Positions 1 through 12,904 of a DNA stretch of 64,000 bases are shown here, in pieces. This DNA is from Hypanus sabinus (lineage: Eukaryota): positions 117,118,001-117,182,000 of the forward strand of contig NC_082706.1 in assembly GCF_030144855.1 (NCBI RefSeq), read 5' to 3'. The notes beneath the pieces were generated by a model. That model saw only the letters and a program-made list of their open reading frames with translations. It had not been told where the DNA came from and ran no database searches. Position 1 is the first letter of the stretch, and every line of letters starts with the position of its first letter. The position numbers were made by a program, and so were the translations under genes.

Positions 1-3000
1 TTGAAGGTTGGCATACCGTTGTTGCTGCAGAGGAGCCTTCAATATGACTGCCTTAGTTTTCTTGCAATTTTGTTGGCAATATCAGATCAGCTGTTTAGTG
101 GACAGGCCTCTCAGCTCTGCTCAGGAAACTGAGGGCATGGATAGCCAAACTGACATTCAAAGAGAGTATACCCATAGAAAAGTGGTGCAGAATGTTATGA
201 GCAAACTCTGCCCAGAGCAGATGATCATTCCCAGTGGATGGGTTATCCAACACAAGGCTCCTCAAAATCTTCTCCAGGTCCTGCTGCCCGTTGGACCTGT
301 GGTGAAATCCCAGTGAGAGGCTGCCTGTAGGTCCAATGAGCTGACAGGTGGCTTTACAGAACTGGGAAGTAAGCTGGCGCCCCTTAATCAGAAACAACAT
401 CCCTGGGAAAGCATTGCACTCTAAACACATGTTGCAGCATAAGGTTAGCCATCTCTGAAGATGAGGGAAGCAGGGGTCGGGACACAAAGTGGCAGGCCTT
501 GGAGAACCCGTCTACCATCACTAGAATCACGATGTTACCTTTCAATAGTGTCAGACTGATAAAATCCACGGAGATATGGCACCAGGGATAGGAATGAATG
601 TGTAGTGAGTGTGCAGCTCCTGCGGGCATGCTCTGGGTTCCTTGTTCTTGGCACAGATGTAACAGGCTGCCACGTGTGATTTAGCATCCCTATCCGTGCA
701 CAGCCACCGGAACTGCCTCTTCATGAACTCCACCTTTTGATCAGTCCCTGGATATCCTATGATGTGAAGTGTGCCCTCACTGTGACACAATTGAATGGAC
801 AGAGTTAGGGACAAAAAGGTGACCCACTGAGCCCCTCCCTGTGTCAGCCTCCTGCTGTTGCGCTCTCCTAATTATGGTCTCAACCTCTTCTTAGATCAAT
901 GCCGCCAGCTTGGACCTCAACAGAATAGATTCTGGGATAACTTCTGGGTCTTGTTGTTCAAACTGCCTGGAGAGGGCATCTGGCTTCTCATTCTTCTCAT
1001 TCTTCAAATCTGGATGGAAGGTGATGATAAGGTCGAAATGGTTCAACAAGATAGATCACCGAGTCTGGCACAAATTTAGCTGCTCCATCTCTTGAGTATA
1101 GGTCAAGCTCTTGTGGTCAGTCCAGATCACAAATGGAGGTTTGGCTCCCTCCAGCCAATGTCTCCAATCCTCCAGGGTTGATCTGACTGCCAACAGTTCT
1201 CTACTCCCTATGTCATAATTCCTCTCTGTGCGAGAGAACCGCCAGGTGAAGAAAGCACAGGGATGGTCAGGTGGGGGGTCTTGTCAAAGAACAGCTCCAA
1301 CCTCAACATCTGAGGCATCTTCTGCAATGAGGAATGGCAGCTCTGGGTCAGGGACAACAAAGACAGGAACCATTGTGAACTAGGAAAGCCAGCTTGATTT
1401 CTGTTGTCCAGTGAAATAGACCAAATGTTGCCTTAGTCAGAGCAGTAATGGGTGCTGTGATGGAAATGAAGTTGTGAATGAAATTCCAGTAAAAATCAGT
1501 GAATCCCAGAAAATGCTGAAGCTGCATTTTTGGTAGGTTGCGGCCAATTCCTAATGGCTTGGGTATTGTTAAGATTCATCTTTAGTTTTTCCTTAGAAGC
1601 AGAAAACCCAAGAAAGGAGATTGTGGAAATGTGAGACACACTGTCCTCCAGTTTAATGTACAGTTGTTTCTGCAGTAAATATTGAAGGATTTGTTGAACA
1701 TTTTGGATGAATTTGTGGCGGGTCTTTAAGAAAATGAGTATATCATCCAGAGAGCTTTAGCATATCTAAGAGCATGTCATTAATAAGGGCTAACAAGAAT
1801 GATGGGATGTAGACTAAACTGAATGGCATCACAAGCTATTTCTAATGGCCACTGAGGGTTTTAAAAGCAGTTTTCCATTCATCACCCTCACAAATGTGGA
1901 CCAAGTTCTATGTGCTTCAGAGGTCTAGTTTAGTAAAAATGGTTACCCCTTGCAGCAACTTGAAAGCTATGGTCGTCTGTGGCAAAGGGCATCAATTCTT
2001 CACTGTGAACTTGAGGCCTCAAGAAGCTATACATGGTTGAGGCCAACCATTCTTTTTTGCCACAAAGAAGAAGCAGATGGATGGAAATGCATCATGGATG
2101 TACTCCTCCATGGCCACCCTTTCCGGGGGTGACAGGGCTGGACTCCTCCTTGAGGCAGATAGGTTCCAGACAGTAATTCAATAGCACAGTCATAGGTTCA
2201 ATGGGGCATCAGTATCATGGCCCGTCTCCTACTAAAACCTCTAGCAGGTCTGCATACTCAGGAGGAACTCTGAGTAACTCGACAGATGTGGTTAGGCAGG
2301 TGGCCAGCCAACGAGAAGACCACTCAAGGAGTCACTGGTGGGTTGAGGGTGGTGGGGGGAGGGTGGCTAATCAAAGGTGTTACAACAGGTACTCAGGAGA
2401 ATGAATAAGGTAAACTGGATAGTCTCAGTATGCTATTCTGTATGTACACAGATGAGAGCAGTGAGATGACATCCTTCCAGAACCCAGAGGTCTTCCATCC
2501 AGAGCTGTGACAGTGAGCAGTTGGTTAAGATGGGCCAGGGGAACTCAAAGTTGTCTTGCTAACCGGAGGTCCATGAAACTGCATGCTGCACCAAATCTGC
2601 AAAGACTCCAGGAAGTATAGTAGACAGCACAATCCTGATGTAGCAGACCTGGGAGAAACAGGAAACAGGAGCTTGACAGGACCTCCTTCCCTTGGACTGG
2701 TTTGGACGTTTTCCCAACAACTCAGGACAGGCAGAACAAAAATGCCCCAGCTCACCAAAGTAGAGGTAGCAATTTCCCTTCGTTCTCTGGTCCTGCTCAG
2801 CTGGAGGAAGTCCAGCTGCACCGACTCCTCTGGAGGAAGTTGAGGGGTGTGAATCTCTACACTGTGGATGAGGAGTCTGGAGTGGCTCGGAGGCTGCCAC
2901 CTCTCAAGGACATACTGCAGCATTCTCTTTTTCTTTCCAGCAGATGACTGTCAACACTTATGGAGGTATCAATGAGAGACTCAAGATTTTCCACTGGGTC

Positions 3001-3100
3001 TCTGGTTGCCAATTCAACTTTAATTTCACCTGAAAGTCTATGATAGAACATGGCTCTAATCAGAATCAATATGAAGCTCAATATCACCAGCATATGCTAT
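1..3100 (-). mobile_element. Decayed Ty3/Gypsy LTR retrotransposon internal region (sushi/chromovirus-like; gag-PR-RT-RNaseH-IN), runs off window start
   Basis: Minus-strand ORF fragments: gag 'GEIKVELATRDPVENLESLIDTSISVD' (2857-3093); CCHC knuckle relic 'CYLYFGELGHFCSACP' (~2720-2775); RT 'LDDILIF' (~1730-1752); integrase 'PWCHISVDFI..VILVMVDGFSKACHFV' (384-629) and 'HVAACYICAKNK' (551-814). Many stops and frameshifts. Confidence 0.92.
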
Positions 3101-4249
3101 TTTCTATTTACCAGCAGCTGATGCTTCCATTGAATCTTCAACTCCTGGAATTCAGTCCAACCCAAACTCCCACATCTCTCTGTTGCTAGATGTAAGACAG
3201 ATATAAACTGCATTAATCTGATACCCGACTCATTCTTGAGCTAAGCAGCAGACGAGCGATATTTTGAAACATCAACAGGATGCATTTTACAAGATTGACA
3301 AGTGATCCTGACATCTTTTTTTCCCAAAAAGAAGCATCTTGTATGTTTAATTTGAATGTTTTATCCCCAGCTGAATCAGTGTTCAGGGAACCATGCTTGG
3401 TTTATAATGTTCTAATTATTTATTTAAAAAGTATATTTTGAACCTTAAGAAAATTGTTTAAAAGTCATCAAACAGAATTGGTGGAGGCAAAAGGTTAGTG
3501 GATGGACAACAGATAAATTATTGTATAAACGCTAATCTTCAGGGATCTTTCAATTGCTTTAAAACTCTAGGACCTCATTTATCCTACCCATGTATCCATT
3601 TACAGTGTAATAAACTTTTGCAAATTATAAACCATTGTATGTACTAGGGAATTATTAATCCTACTCTTTTCCTAAAAGTGAGACAATTAGTGTATTTTAC
3701 AAAATATAACTGGTGAGCTGAAGAGATAAATAAAAGTAATCATTTGATCCTTTAATTACCGACAGCCTTGATATTGCACAAGTTAAAGACTATTTAGTTC
3801 TCTGGTTCATTCCAAGTGATGGTGCTGAACGTGAATGAAACAGACACCTGAAATGAATTTAAAAATGTGATCCACTCAGCATTAATATTTTGATTTCAAT
3901 GACTTTGAATAGAATTAAACAAGGGATCTCCTTGAAGAAAGACTACAATATAGTTTATCCAGCCTGTTCCTTGTTAGAGAATACAACAGTAAAATCATGA
4001 ATTAGAGTATTGTTGCTTTACTTTATATTAATTAAAATGAAAAGTGAAACTCATCCTATGTTGTTCCAGAAATATACCTAGACTCAAGCTCATTCAACTT
4101 CTCATTTACGATATGTGGAACAGTTCTTGTTTTAACTTGATTCATGATCTCTCTCTCAATTGTTGTTTTCCATCATATTCATGATTGTATTGATTCTGTC
4201 GTACAGAACACACTTGCAGCCAATTTCATTCCTGTTCTCACTTTCACAT

Positions 4250-5150
4250 TCTCCATATATGACTTTTCCTTTCCATTTCATAGCAGTTCTATCTCCATCT
4301 AAGGGTCGCATGAGTCACAATGTTCATTATAAGGCATTGACTCCCACAGCTATCTCGCCTACTCATCTACCCATTTTCCTTCCTTCATGGATATCACTCC
4401 ATTCTCCCAGATCATCTGTCTCAGTCATATCTGATTATGAAACTTTCAATAGCAGTGCATTTCTTTCTTGTTTCTTCACATTTTCTTCCCTTCCAAAATA
4501 ATACATGAGCCTTTCAACCTCATCTCACACATCTCTTCTCTTACCCTCTCTCTTCCCAGCCAAGAAGGATGACGATGTTATCTCCTTTACTCTCTGCACA
4601 GATGTTGGTTGACATAATGAGGTTTTCCAGCATTTTCTGGTTTTCTAATGTGTAGTGTCCTTTTTGATTTTCAACAATCCTCAACCCTCAACTTCCAATC
4701 CATGATCTTGATATTGAATGGATCATTCTCCCATGTAATTCCATCACCAGGCACAACTTCTGCTTCCCTTCCCTTTCAGTATTCCAAAGCACTACTCTCT
4801 CTATAATTCCCTGGTATACACTTTCATATTAATTATTTGACCCCCTTCTCAGATTAATTTCCCATGTAACTGCAGCAGATATAATGACAATCACTTAACC
4901 TCTTTGAAGTTGTCATCAAAGGAACAAAATATCATTCTAGATACTAAGTAGCAATTCATTCTCACTATTTTTCAATGAAGCTTACTGCATTTGATCCTCA
5001 CAATGTTGTTGCCTCTGCATTAGATTTGTTAACTACTTTGAAGAACCCCTCCATTGCCTGCATGCGTGACATGGTTGCTTAACATCCTTGGGACTTAACA
5101 ATTTAACAATTTGAGGTAAACACCCTATCTTTTTCTGCACAAGTTTGACT
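4250..5150 (+). mobile_element. Old, highly decayed Penelope-like element fragment
   Basis: Pyrimidine-rich sequence resembling the RT/GIY-YIG region of the better copy at 58290-59890, plus a pLTR-like tail 'gatg..g.ttgac...tgaggttttccagcattttctgg' near 4590-4645. Confidence 0.5.
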
Positions 5151-5174
5151 GTTATTCTCTAATTGGGTTTTGAA

Positions 5175-5455
5175 TGTGGAACAGTGGCACACTTAAGAGA
5201 ACTGCAGCTTCACAGCTCTAATGACAAGGGCTTAATCCCATCTGTGTGGAGTTTGCAGGTTCTCCAGTTTATCCTGTTTCCATCCAGATCTATATCCTGG
5301 GTGGTAAGTTAAATGACCACTGTGAAATGTTCCTAGTATAGTCAAGTGATAGAATGTAAGTGGAGTTGAGGTGACTATGAGAAAAATAAAATGAGGTCCA
5401 ATTAAGATTAGCATAACTATGTGTTTAATGGTCTGCTACAGATGTTTAGTGGGAA
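5175..5455 (+). mobile_element. Decayed V-SINE (HE1-like)
   Basis: tRNA-like head followed by the V-domain core 'tctgtgtggagtttgcaggttctcc'. Confidence 0.65.
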
Positions 5456-5985
5456 TTGAATGGCTACAATATGGCCTGGTATGGGAACACCAATGTCTTT
5501 GAATGGAAACAAAAGATAATGGATTCATCTCAGTACATCATGGGTAAAGCCCCCACAACCATTGAGCATATTTACATAAAAGCAGAATCCATCATCAAAG
5601 ACACTCACCATCCAGGCCTTGCTCTTTTCTCGCTGCTGCCAGCAGGTGGAAGGTACAAATGTCTCAAGACTTGCACCACCAGGCTGAAGAACATTTACTA
5701 CCCCTCAGCCATGAGGATTTTGAATAAAAGAGGATAACTGCACTCATCCATTGAGATGTTCCCACAATCACTTTAAGGGCTCTTTACCTTGTTATTTCAT
5801 GCTCTTGTCATTTATTGTAATTTATTTATATTTGTATTTGCAGTTTGTTGCCTCCTATGAGGTTGTTTTTTCATTGATTTTGTTTATAGTTACTATTTTG
5901 TAGATTTGCTGAGCATACCCACAGGGTTGTATGCAGTGACACATATGTACTCTGGTAATAAATTTTACTTTGAAATTTGAACTTA
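5456..5985 (+). mobile_element. Rex1/Babar LINE 3' fragment
   Basis: ORF 5456-5737 'MAWYGN...HHPGLALFSLLPAGGRYKCLKTCTTRLKNIYYPSAMRILN'; 3' tail 'aataaattttactttgaaatttgaactt' shared with the other copies here. Confidence 0.85.
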
Positions 5986-6108
5986 ATGGTCCATAAAACC
6001 ATAAGACATTGGAGCAGATTAGGCTATACAGATCATTGGTTAATGGCAACAGTGGACAGATGTGTCAGTTCCAGCACTGATTGACTGTGACTTTAATTAT
6101 GATTTCTG

Positions 6109-6390
6109 TACTCAGTGGCCACTTCATTAGGTACATCTGCACACCTGCTTGTTGTAAATATCTAATCAGCCAAACATGTGGCAGCACCTCAATGCAGAAA
6201 AGCATGCAGATATGGTCAACCGGTTCAGTTGTTGGTTAGATAGAACATCAGAATGAGGGAAGAAATGTAATTGAAGTGACTTTGATTGTGGAACGATTGT
6301 TGCTGCCAGATGGGGTGGTTTGAATACCTCAGAAACTGCTGATTTTTGGGATTTTCATGTACAACCGTCTCTAATGTTTACAGAGAAAAG
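6109..6390 (+). mobile_element. Tc1-like DNA transposon 5' fragment (TIR plus start of transposase HTH)
   Basis: Starts 'ta ctcagtggccacttcattaggtaca' (Tc1-type TIR); decayed 'SDFDCGTIVAARWGGLNTSETADFWGFSCTTVSNVYRE' paired-like N-terminus. Confidence 0.8.
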
Positions 6391-7284
6391 TAAAAAAACT
6401 AATAATGTCTAGAATTTCACACTATGCAATGACAACATATACAGTATTAATTAGACGCAAACCAGCTCATCTTGTACCTAATCAAAAAATATAAATAGTT
6501 GTCTACTAAATAGTACACTGAGAGTATGTATGGAAGCAGTGAAGAATAAATTGGTAAGTCAAATCGGAACTGAGTATTCTATAAGGACTGAGATGGCACC
6601 TTATGGGTGAACAACCTAACCACTTAATAACTTTGAATAGCAACAAATTTCTTGCAAATCAAAAGCAAAAAAAATAATAAAAGAGAATGAACAATCTCAA
6701 TTCTGCTCATAACAAGTGGATGAAAGCAAAAGATAATTTATAGGAACTTGATAGATTATTTGCCAATTCATAAAATTAGTATCAACAGCTAATTCTTTGG
6801 TATTTGATAAAAATTTGAAATTACATTCAAAACAGATTTATTAAGAAAATTGTTAACATAAAAAGTAAAAGGTAGAATGAAGGATCAGAGAGAAACAAAA
6901 ATGAGATGAATTTATGGTCTTTTTCAGCAGTATTCTCAGATACAACTGAGCTAATAGCTATTCCCTTCAGTGGCCGGAATCACTTATGAAATGAAGACTG
7001 TGTTATTGACTCTTTACTTAAATGAGTTATCATAGCTCAAGGCACCCAATTACCCTATTTAGCAGTAATCATGCACCTAGAACTTAGATGTGATTACTAC
7101 TAGGGCTCTCATCAATTGGAAAATTAACTGTATCAAATAAAGGACCGCTTTGCAAAACCCAAATCTACAGATTTAAATTATTTACAGATTTATGATTCAT
7201 AGAGGGGAAATCATTGGCAGATTTCACGCAACACTATCGTTAGGTCACAAAACAAAATACAAGGACAATTTCTTAAGTGAGTCT

Positions 7285-7470
7285 TATTGTCCCATAAAGC
7301 TATAAGACATAGGACCCGAATTAGGCCATTTGGCCCTTGGAGTCTGCCTCACCATTCTATCATGGCTGATTTATTATCCCTTTCTGCCCCATTCTCCTGC
7401 CTTCACCTGGTAATCTCCGAAGCACTTACAATTAAGAACCTATCAAGCTCCACTTCTAATATACTCGAAT
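7285..7470 (-). mobile_element. CR1 LINE 3' end
   Basis: Reverse complement of the CR1 3'UTR seen at 27120-27256 and 28780-28920 ('ataagacatagga..gaattaggccatttggccc'). Confidence 0.75.
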
Positions 7471-7599
7471 ACCTGGTTTGTCCCATAAACTTTGAGAGTT
7501 CAGTCTTCTGTTGCAATGTGTCAACACCTTTGAGTAGGTACCCTGTACCTTAAAGCATTATCAGTAATTTTAAAAGACACCCTACACAGCCTTTACCTA

Positions 7600-7930
7600 T
7601 GCAGGTAGGCAGCACAGGGCTGCTGCCTCCCAGCTCCTGCAACCTGGATTCCATCCTGACCTCCAATAATGTCTGTGGGAACTCCACATGCTCTTCCTGT
7701 ATGTGTCCTCCAGTTGCTCTATTTGCAACTAGCATCTCAACGTCATTTGTGTTGGCAGCTTTATTGGTGATATAAGTTACCCCTGGTATGTTAGATGCAT
7801 GGTAGAATTTTTCCATTTAGCAGGAGTGGGCAGAGTATCTAAGAATGTGGTGAAAATAAAAGTTGAATTAGTGTTAATGTGGCTAATGTGTGGCTGATGG
7901 TCAGTTCAGACTTGAAGAACTAAGGGACCA
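7600..7930 (+). mobile_element. Decayed V-SINE
   Basis: 'gctgctgcctcccagctcc..acctggattccatcctgacctcc..gtctgtggga' head and V-domain. Confidence 0.6.
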
Positions 7931-7954
7931 GTGTTTTTCCTACATGCCTTACCT

Positions 7955-10135
7955 CCATCATCCAGTAGCGCTTACATCGCTGTGATGAAATGCTTTGAAA
8001 GGTTGGTGATAAAAAATAATAATTCCTGCCTTAGAAGTGACATGAATCCACTCCAATTTGCTTACTGGTGGAACAAGTCCACAGCAGATGCCATTACATT
8101 GGCTCTTCACTCAACCCTGGAACATTTGGACAGCAAATATGCATACATCAGGATGCTCTTTATCAACCGCAGCTCAGCACTCAATACTATCTTCCCCTCA
8201 AAATAATCATTAAGCTTCAAGACCTTGGCCTCTATACCTCCCTGTGCAATTGGATCCTTGAATTCTTCACTTACAGACCATAGTCAGTTTGAATTGGTAA
8301 AAAAAATCTCTGCCTCAATCTCCATAAGCACTGGTGCACCACAAGACTGTGTGCTTAGCCCCCTGCTCTACTTGCTTTGTACTTGTGACGTTAAGGCTAA
8401 GCACAGCTCAAATGCCATATTTAAGTTTGCTAACGATACCGCTGTTGTGGACCAAATCAAAGATAGTGATGAATCAGCATACAGGAGGGAGACTTCAGGA
8501 GGAGGAAACCAGAGGTGCATGAGCCAGTCCTCATCAAGGGATCTGAGGTGGTGATGGCCAGCAAATTTAAATTTATCAGTGTTATCATTTCACAGGATCT
8601 GTTCTGGGCCCAGCACATAAGTGCCACTACAATGAAAGCATGAGAGCACTTCTATTTCCTTAGAAGTTTGCGAAGATTTGGTATGACATCTAAAACTTAG
8701 ATAAACCTCTTTAGATGTGTGGTGGAAAGTATATTGACTGGTTGCATCATGGCCTGGTATGGAAACACCAATGCCTTTGAATGGAAAATCCTATAAAAAG
8801 TAATGGATACAGCCTAATCCATCACGGTTAAAACCCTGCCCATCATTGAGCAAATCTACATGGAGCGCTGTCAACAATGGCCACCAACACCCAACTCTGC
8901 TCTGTTCTCACTGCTGCCATCAGTAAGGAGGACCCACAACACCAGGTTTAGAAACAGTTATTACTCTTCAACCATCAGGTTCTTGACCAAAGGGGTTAAA
9001 TTCATTTTCCCCATCACTGAACTGTTCCCACAATCTATGAACTCACTTTCAAGGCTTCTTCATTTCAAGTTCGTTATATTTATTGTGTAATGCCCTGGTA
9101 AAGATTTTACTGCTAATGTTGTAGAGTATTTCATGTCATGGTTTTGTGCAGAAGCAATGTGTTTTGCTGTTGTGTTTGGTTTACTGTTAAAGATAAGGGT
9201 GCTTAGGAATGTTGTGTCATCTGATCAGGATGATGGAACCGGGAGAAGGTTCTAGAGAATGCTGGGAGAAAGGTTTTGTGATGGGCACTGATGTGGATTG
9301 AGTTCTTTTTCAGTGGAAGATAGAGAGGAAAGAAGCTCAGGAGAACTGGCTGTAAGACTGGATCCGGCAGGAATGCATGATTTATTGGAGCCCAAGAAGG
9401 GGATTTCTACTGGAGATCAGTGAAAAAGAGTTGGTGCTGTGAGTACATTAGATGCAATGGAATTTGGAAAGTTTGAGCTCCAATCTGTGCACATTTGACT
9501 GTTCTATTATGTTGGGCCAGTTTTTTTTCTTTTCCCCTTTTTTAATAACTGGTTAAGCTAACATTCATAAGTATCCTTTCTTTATAATTGTATGCATTGT
9601 ACGGTCTGTTGTTTCTTGTTTCTTACTGTACAGGAGCAGTAAGCTACACAATCTTCACACAAATCAGGGTTTTGGATGGGCCAGTCTTCCCAACCTCATG
9701 GGTTTGGCAGAACCCGAGTCATATCATAGATATACGGAGTCTGTGAATGGTGGTTTTCTTACCGCTGATTCCGGTGGAAACTGGAATCCCAGTAGATTTC
9801 TACTCCCAGTTGAAAGGGGTTTCAATTGCTTATTTATTATTACTATGATAAAACATTTTTTTTATCAGCTCAAGTTGGTCTGAGAAACAGGCACAGCCAA
9901 GCATGCTCATTTGATTGTCCTTATTATTAATACTATTATTTACTTTGTACTTGCACAGTTTGTTGTCTTCTGCTCTTTAGTAATTTGTCCATCCCGTTGG
10001 GTGCAACCTTTCATTGAATCTATTCCTTTTATTGGATTTACTCTGTATATCCGTGAGAAAACAAATCTCAGTGTTACATATGGTGACATATACGTTGTTT
10101 GATAATAAGCTTACTTTAAACTTTGAAATTTGAAC
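7955..10135 (+). mobile_element. Rex1/Babar LINE, 5'-truncated, interrupted by a solo LTR in its 3'UTR
   Basis: RT motifs 'MKCFERLV..NPLQFAY..STADAITLALH', 'STGAPQDCVLSPLLY', 'KFANDTAVV'; 3' tail ends ~10135. Confidence 0.92.
9086..9824 (+). mobile_element. Solo LTR (739 bp) with 4-bp TSD ATTG
   Basis: Begins TGTAATGCCC, ends GGGGTTTCA; ATTG at 9082-9085 and 9825-9828. Removing it restores the Rex 3'UTR 'tatttattgcttatttattat'. Strand is tentative. Confidence 0.85.
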
Positions 10136-10429
10136 ACTGATGTAAGATGAGTGACACATTTTCAATCCAGCAATCACTGATAGTGTTGAACAATGAGTCT
10201 GGAAAAGAATTAATTATTCCCAATTTAGGGATAACATATTTCTGCTTGCTGCCCAATAATTCTATTATGTACAAGATTTATGCAGAAAATACAGTAACAT
10301 CATAGGTAAACATTGACAGGGAAATGAACATTCAACAAAACTTATCCAATAAGTTTCAAGGATGTTAAAAGGCCTTTTGCTTTTATTTAGCATTATAAGA
10401 ACTTTGGCTTTTATTTAGCATTATAAAGT

Positions 10430-10710
10430 CATTTGGAGATTCGATACTGAAACCAGCCCTTCGGCCAACAAGATTTGTGGTGACCAGGAGCATCGATTTA
10501 CTCAAATCCTGCTCTAATCCTGTTTTATTCACATCAGTTCCTTCCAGATTCTAGCACTTCACTACACATTAGGGACAACCAGCATATCTTTGGATTGTGG
10601 GCAAAGGAAATCCACACGTTCACAAGGAGAATGTGCAAACGCCACAAAGCAGCACTACAGTTTAAAGATTAGCCAGCTTTCTGGTGTTGTAAGACAGTAC
10701 CACTACACTA
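10430..10710 (-). mobile_element. Decayed V-SINE
   Basis: 'tctttggattgtggg..ggaaatccacacgttcacaaggagaatgtgcaaac' is the reverse V-domain. Confidence 0.65.
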
Positions 10711-11106
10711 TCTAATTCTTACAACATTTATGATAGAAGTATTCATACTTTTATAAGTGCTTCCTAAGTTACTGAGGGTATGCCCTCCTCTGGCACCTTT
10801 GAATTTGTAATTTTAAGGAATAATTTTACATGGTCAATACTTGATAAACAATGGAAAAACAGTCAGCATCTTTGGAGAGAGATACGGATTTAGGATAACA
10901 ACTTATTGATCCGATATGCCAAACCTATTTCCCTGTTTACAATGATGCTGTCTAACCCACTGAACGTTTTCTGATATTTTCTATTTTATTTCAGTCTTCT
11001 AGCATCGTCAGGTTCTTTTTGCTTTGAACCTGTTTACATAGCTTTTGTTCCTCGGTTTTGTTGATTTCAGGTTGGACATAAAGATGAATTGCGGGCAGCT
11101 GATCTA

Positions 11107-12718
11107 CAAACCCCATTTCCAGAAAAGTTGGGATATTTTCCAAAATGCAATAAGACAAAAATCTGTGATACGTTAATTCACGTGAACCTTTATTTAACTG
11201 ACAAAAGTACAAAGAAAAGATTTTCAGTAGTTTTACTGACCAACTTAATTGTATTTTGTAAATATACACACATTTAGAATTTGATGGCTGCAACACACTC
11301 AACAAAAGTTGAGACATAGTTCAAATAGGATTGAAAAGTGCACAGAATATTCAAGTAACACCGGTTTGGAAGACTCCACATTAAGCAGGCTAATTGGTAG
11401 CAGGTGAGGTATCATGACTGGGTATAAAAGTAGCGTCCATCAAAGGCGTCCTTTAGCGTCCTTTGCAAGCAAGGATGGGTCATGGCTCACCCCTTTGTGC
11501 CAAAATTCGTGAGAGAATTGTTGGTCAGTTCAAAAGGAACATTTCTCAATGCAAGATTGCAGAGAATTTAGGTCTTTCAACATCTACAGTACATAACATT
11601 GTGAAAAGATTCAGAGAATTCAGAGACATCTCAGTGCGTAAAGGGCAAGGTCGGAAACCACTGTTGAATGTGTGTGATCTGCGAGCCCTCAAGCGGCACT
11701 TCCTAAGAAACTGTCATGCTACTGTGACAATTACAGCCACCTGGACTCGGGAGTACTTCGGAAAACCATTGTCACTTAATACAGCCTGTCGCTGCATCCA
11801 GAAATGCAACTTGAAACTGTAATACACAAAGAGGAAGCCATGCATCAATTCTATGCAGAAACGCAGGCGAGTTCTCTGGGCCTGAGCTCATCTCAGATGG
11901 ACCGAAAGACTGTGGAACCGTGTACTGTGGTCAGGTGAGTCCACATTTCAGCTAGTTTTCGGAAAAAACGGGCGTCAAGTTCTCTGTGCCAAAGATGAAA
12001 ACGACCATCCTGATTGTTATCAGTAAAAGGTGCAGAAGTCAGCATCTGTGATAATATGGGGGTGCATCAGTGCCCACGGCATGGGTGAGTTGCATGTATG
12101 TGAAGGTACCATTGACTCTGAGGCGTATATTAGGATTTTAGAGAGACATATGTTGCCATCAAGGTGACGTCTCTTCCCGGGGTGTCTATGCTTATTTCAG
12201 CAGGACAATGCCAGACCTCATTCTGCACGGGCTACAACAGCGTGGCTTTGTAGACACAGAGTGTGTGTGCTTGACTGGAACTGCTGCAAGTCCAGATCTA
12301 TCTCCTATTGAAAATGTATGGCGCATCATGAAGAGGAGAATCAGACAACGGAGACCACGGACTGTTGAGCAGCTGAAGTCTTATATCAAGCAAGAGTGGA
12401 CAAAATTTTCAATTGCAAATCTACTACAATTAGTATCCTCAGTTCCAAAACGATTAAAAAGTGTTATTAAAAGGAAAGGTGATGTAACACTATGGTAAAC
12501 ATGCCTCTGTCCCAACTTTTATTGAGTGTGTTGCAGCCATCAAATTCTAAATTTGTGTATATTTACAAAATACAATTAAGTTGGTCAGTAAAACTATTGA
12601 AAATCTTTTCTTTGTACTTTTGTCAATTAAATAAAGGTTCACGTGAACTAACATGTCACAGATTTTTGTTTTTATTGCATTTTGGAAAATATCCCAACTT
12701 TTCTGGAAATGGGGTTTG
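11107..12718 (+). mobile_element. Full-length Tc1/mariner DNA transposon (1612 bp, IR/DR-type, ~210-bp TIRs, TA TSD)
   Basis: TA|CAAACCCCATTTCCAGAAAAGTTGGGATA ... TATCCCAACTTTTCTGGAAATGGGGTTTG|TA. TIRs ~11107-11316 and ~12508-12718, each with outer and inner 'aaaagttg(g/a)ga' direct repeats. Confidence 0.97.
11475..12498 (+). pseudogene. Tc1 DD34E transposase pseudogene (~340 codons)
   Basis: MGHGSPL...GRKP...VLWSGES (first catalytic D changed to G)...FQQDNARPH...SPDLSPIENVW...KRKGDVTLW*. The D-to-E spacing is 34 aa once the frameshift is corrected. Four in-frame stops (11820, ~11883, ~12024, ~12165) and a +1 frameshift near 12279. Confidence 0.95.
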
Positions 12719-12904
12719 TAATTTCACCAATCCTGCCCCACTTCTCTGTCAAAGGTACTTCAAGTGAGTTTGATTTTTTTCTTCCCAATGAGATCACTTT
12801 GACAACAGGACTTTTAAATGGTTGCATTAAAAGCCTATTAATAACCAACAGGATATAATATTTCAAGACAACCCTTTGTTCGTTTGAGAGTCATATTGAT
12901 CATT

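Noticed and set aside
10991-12767. Near-identical ORFs 10991-11317 (-) and 12492-12767 (+) suggesting a duplicated gene
   Set aside because: They are translations of the two Tc1 terminal inverted repeats.
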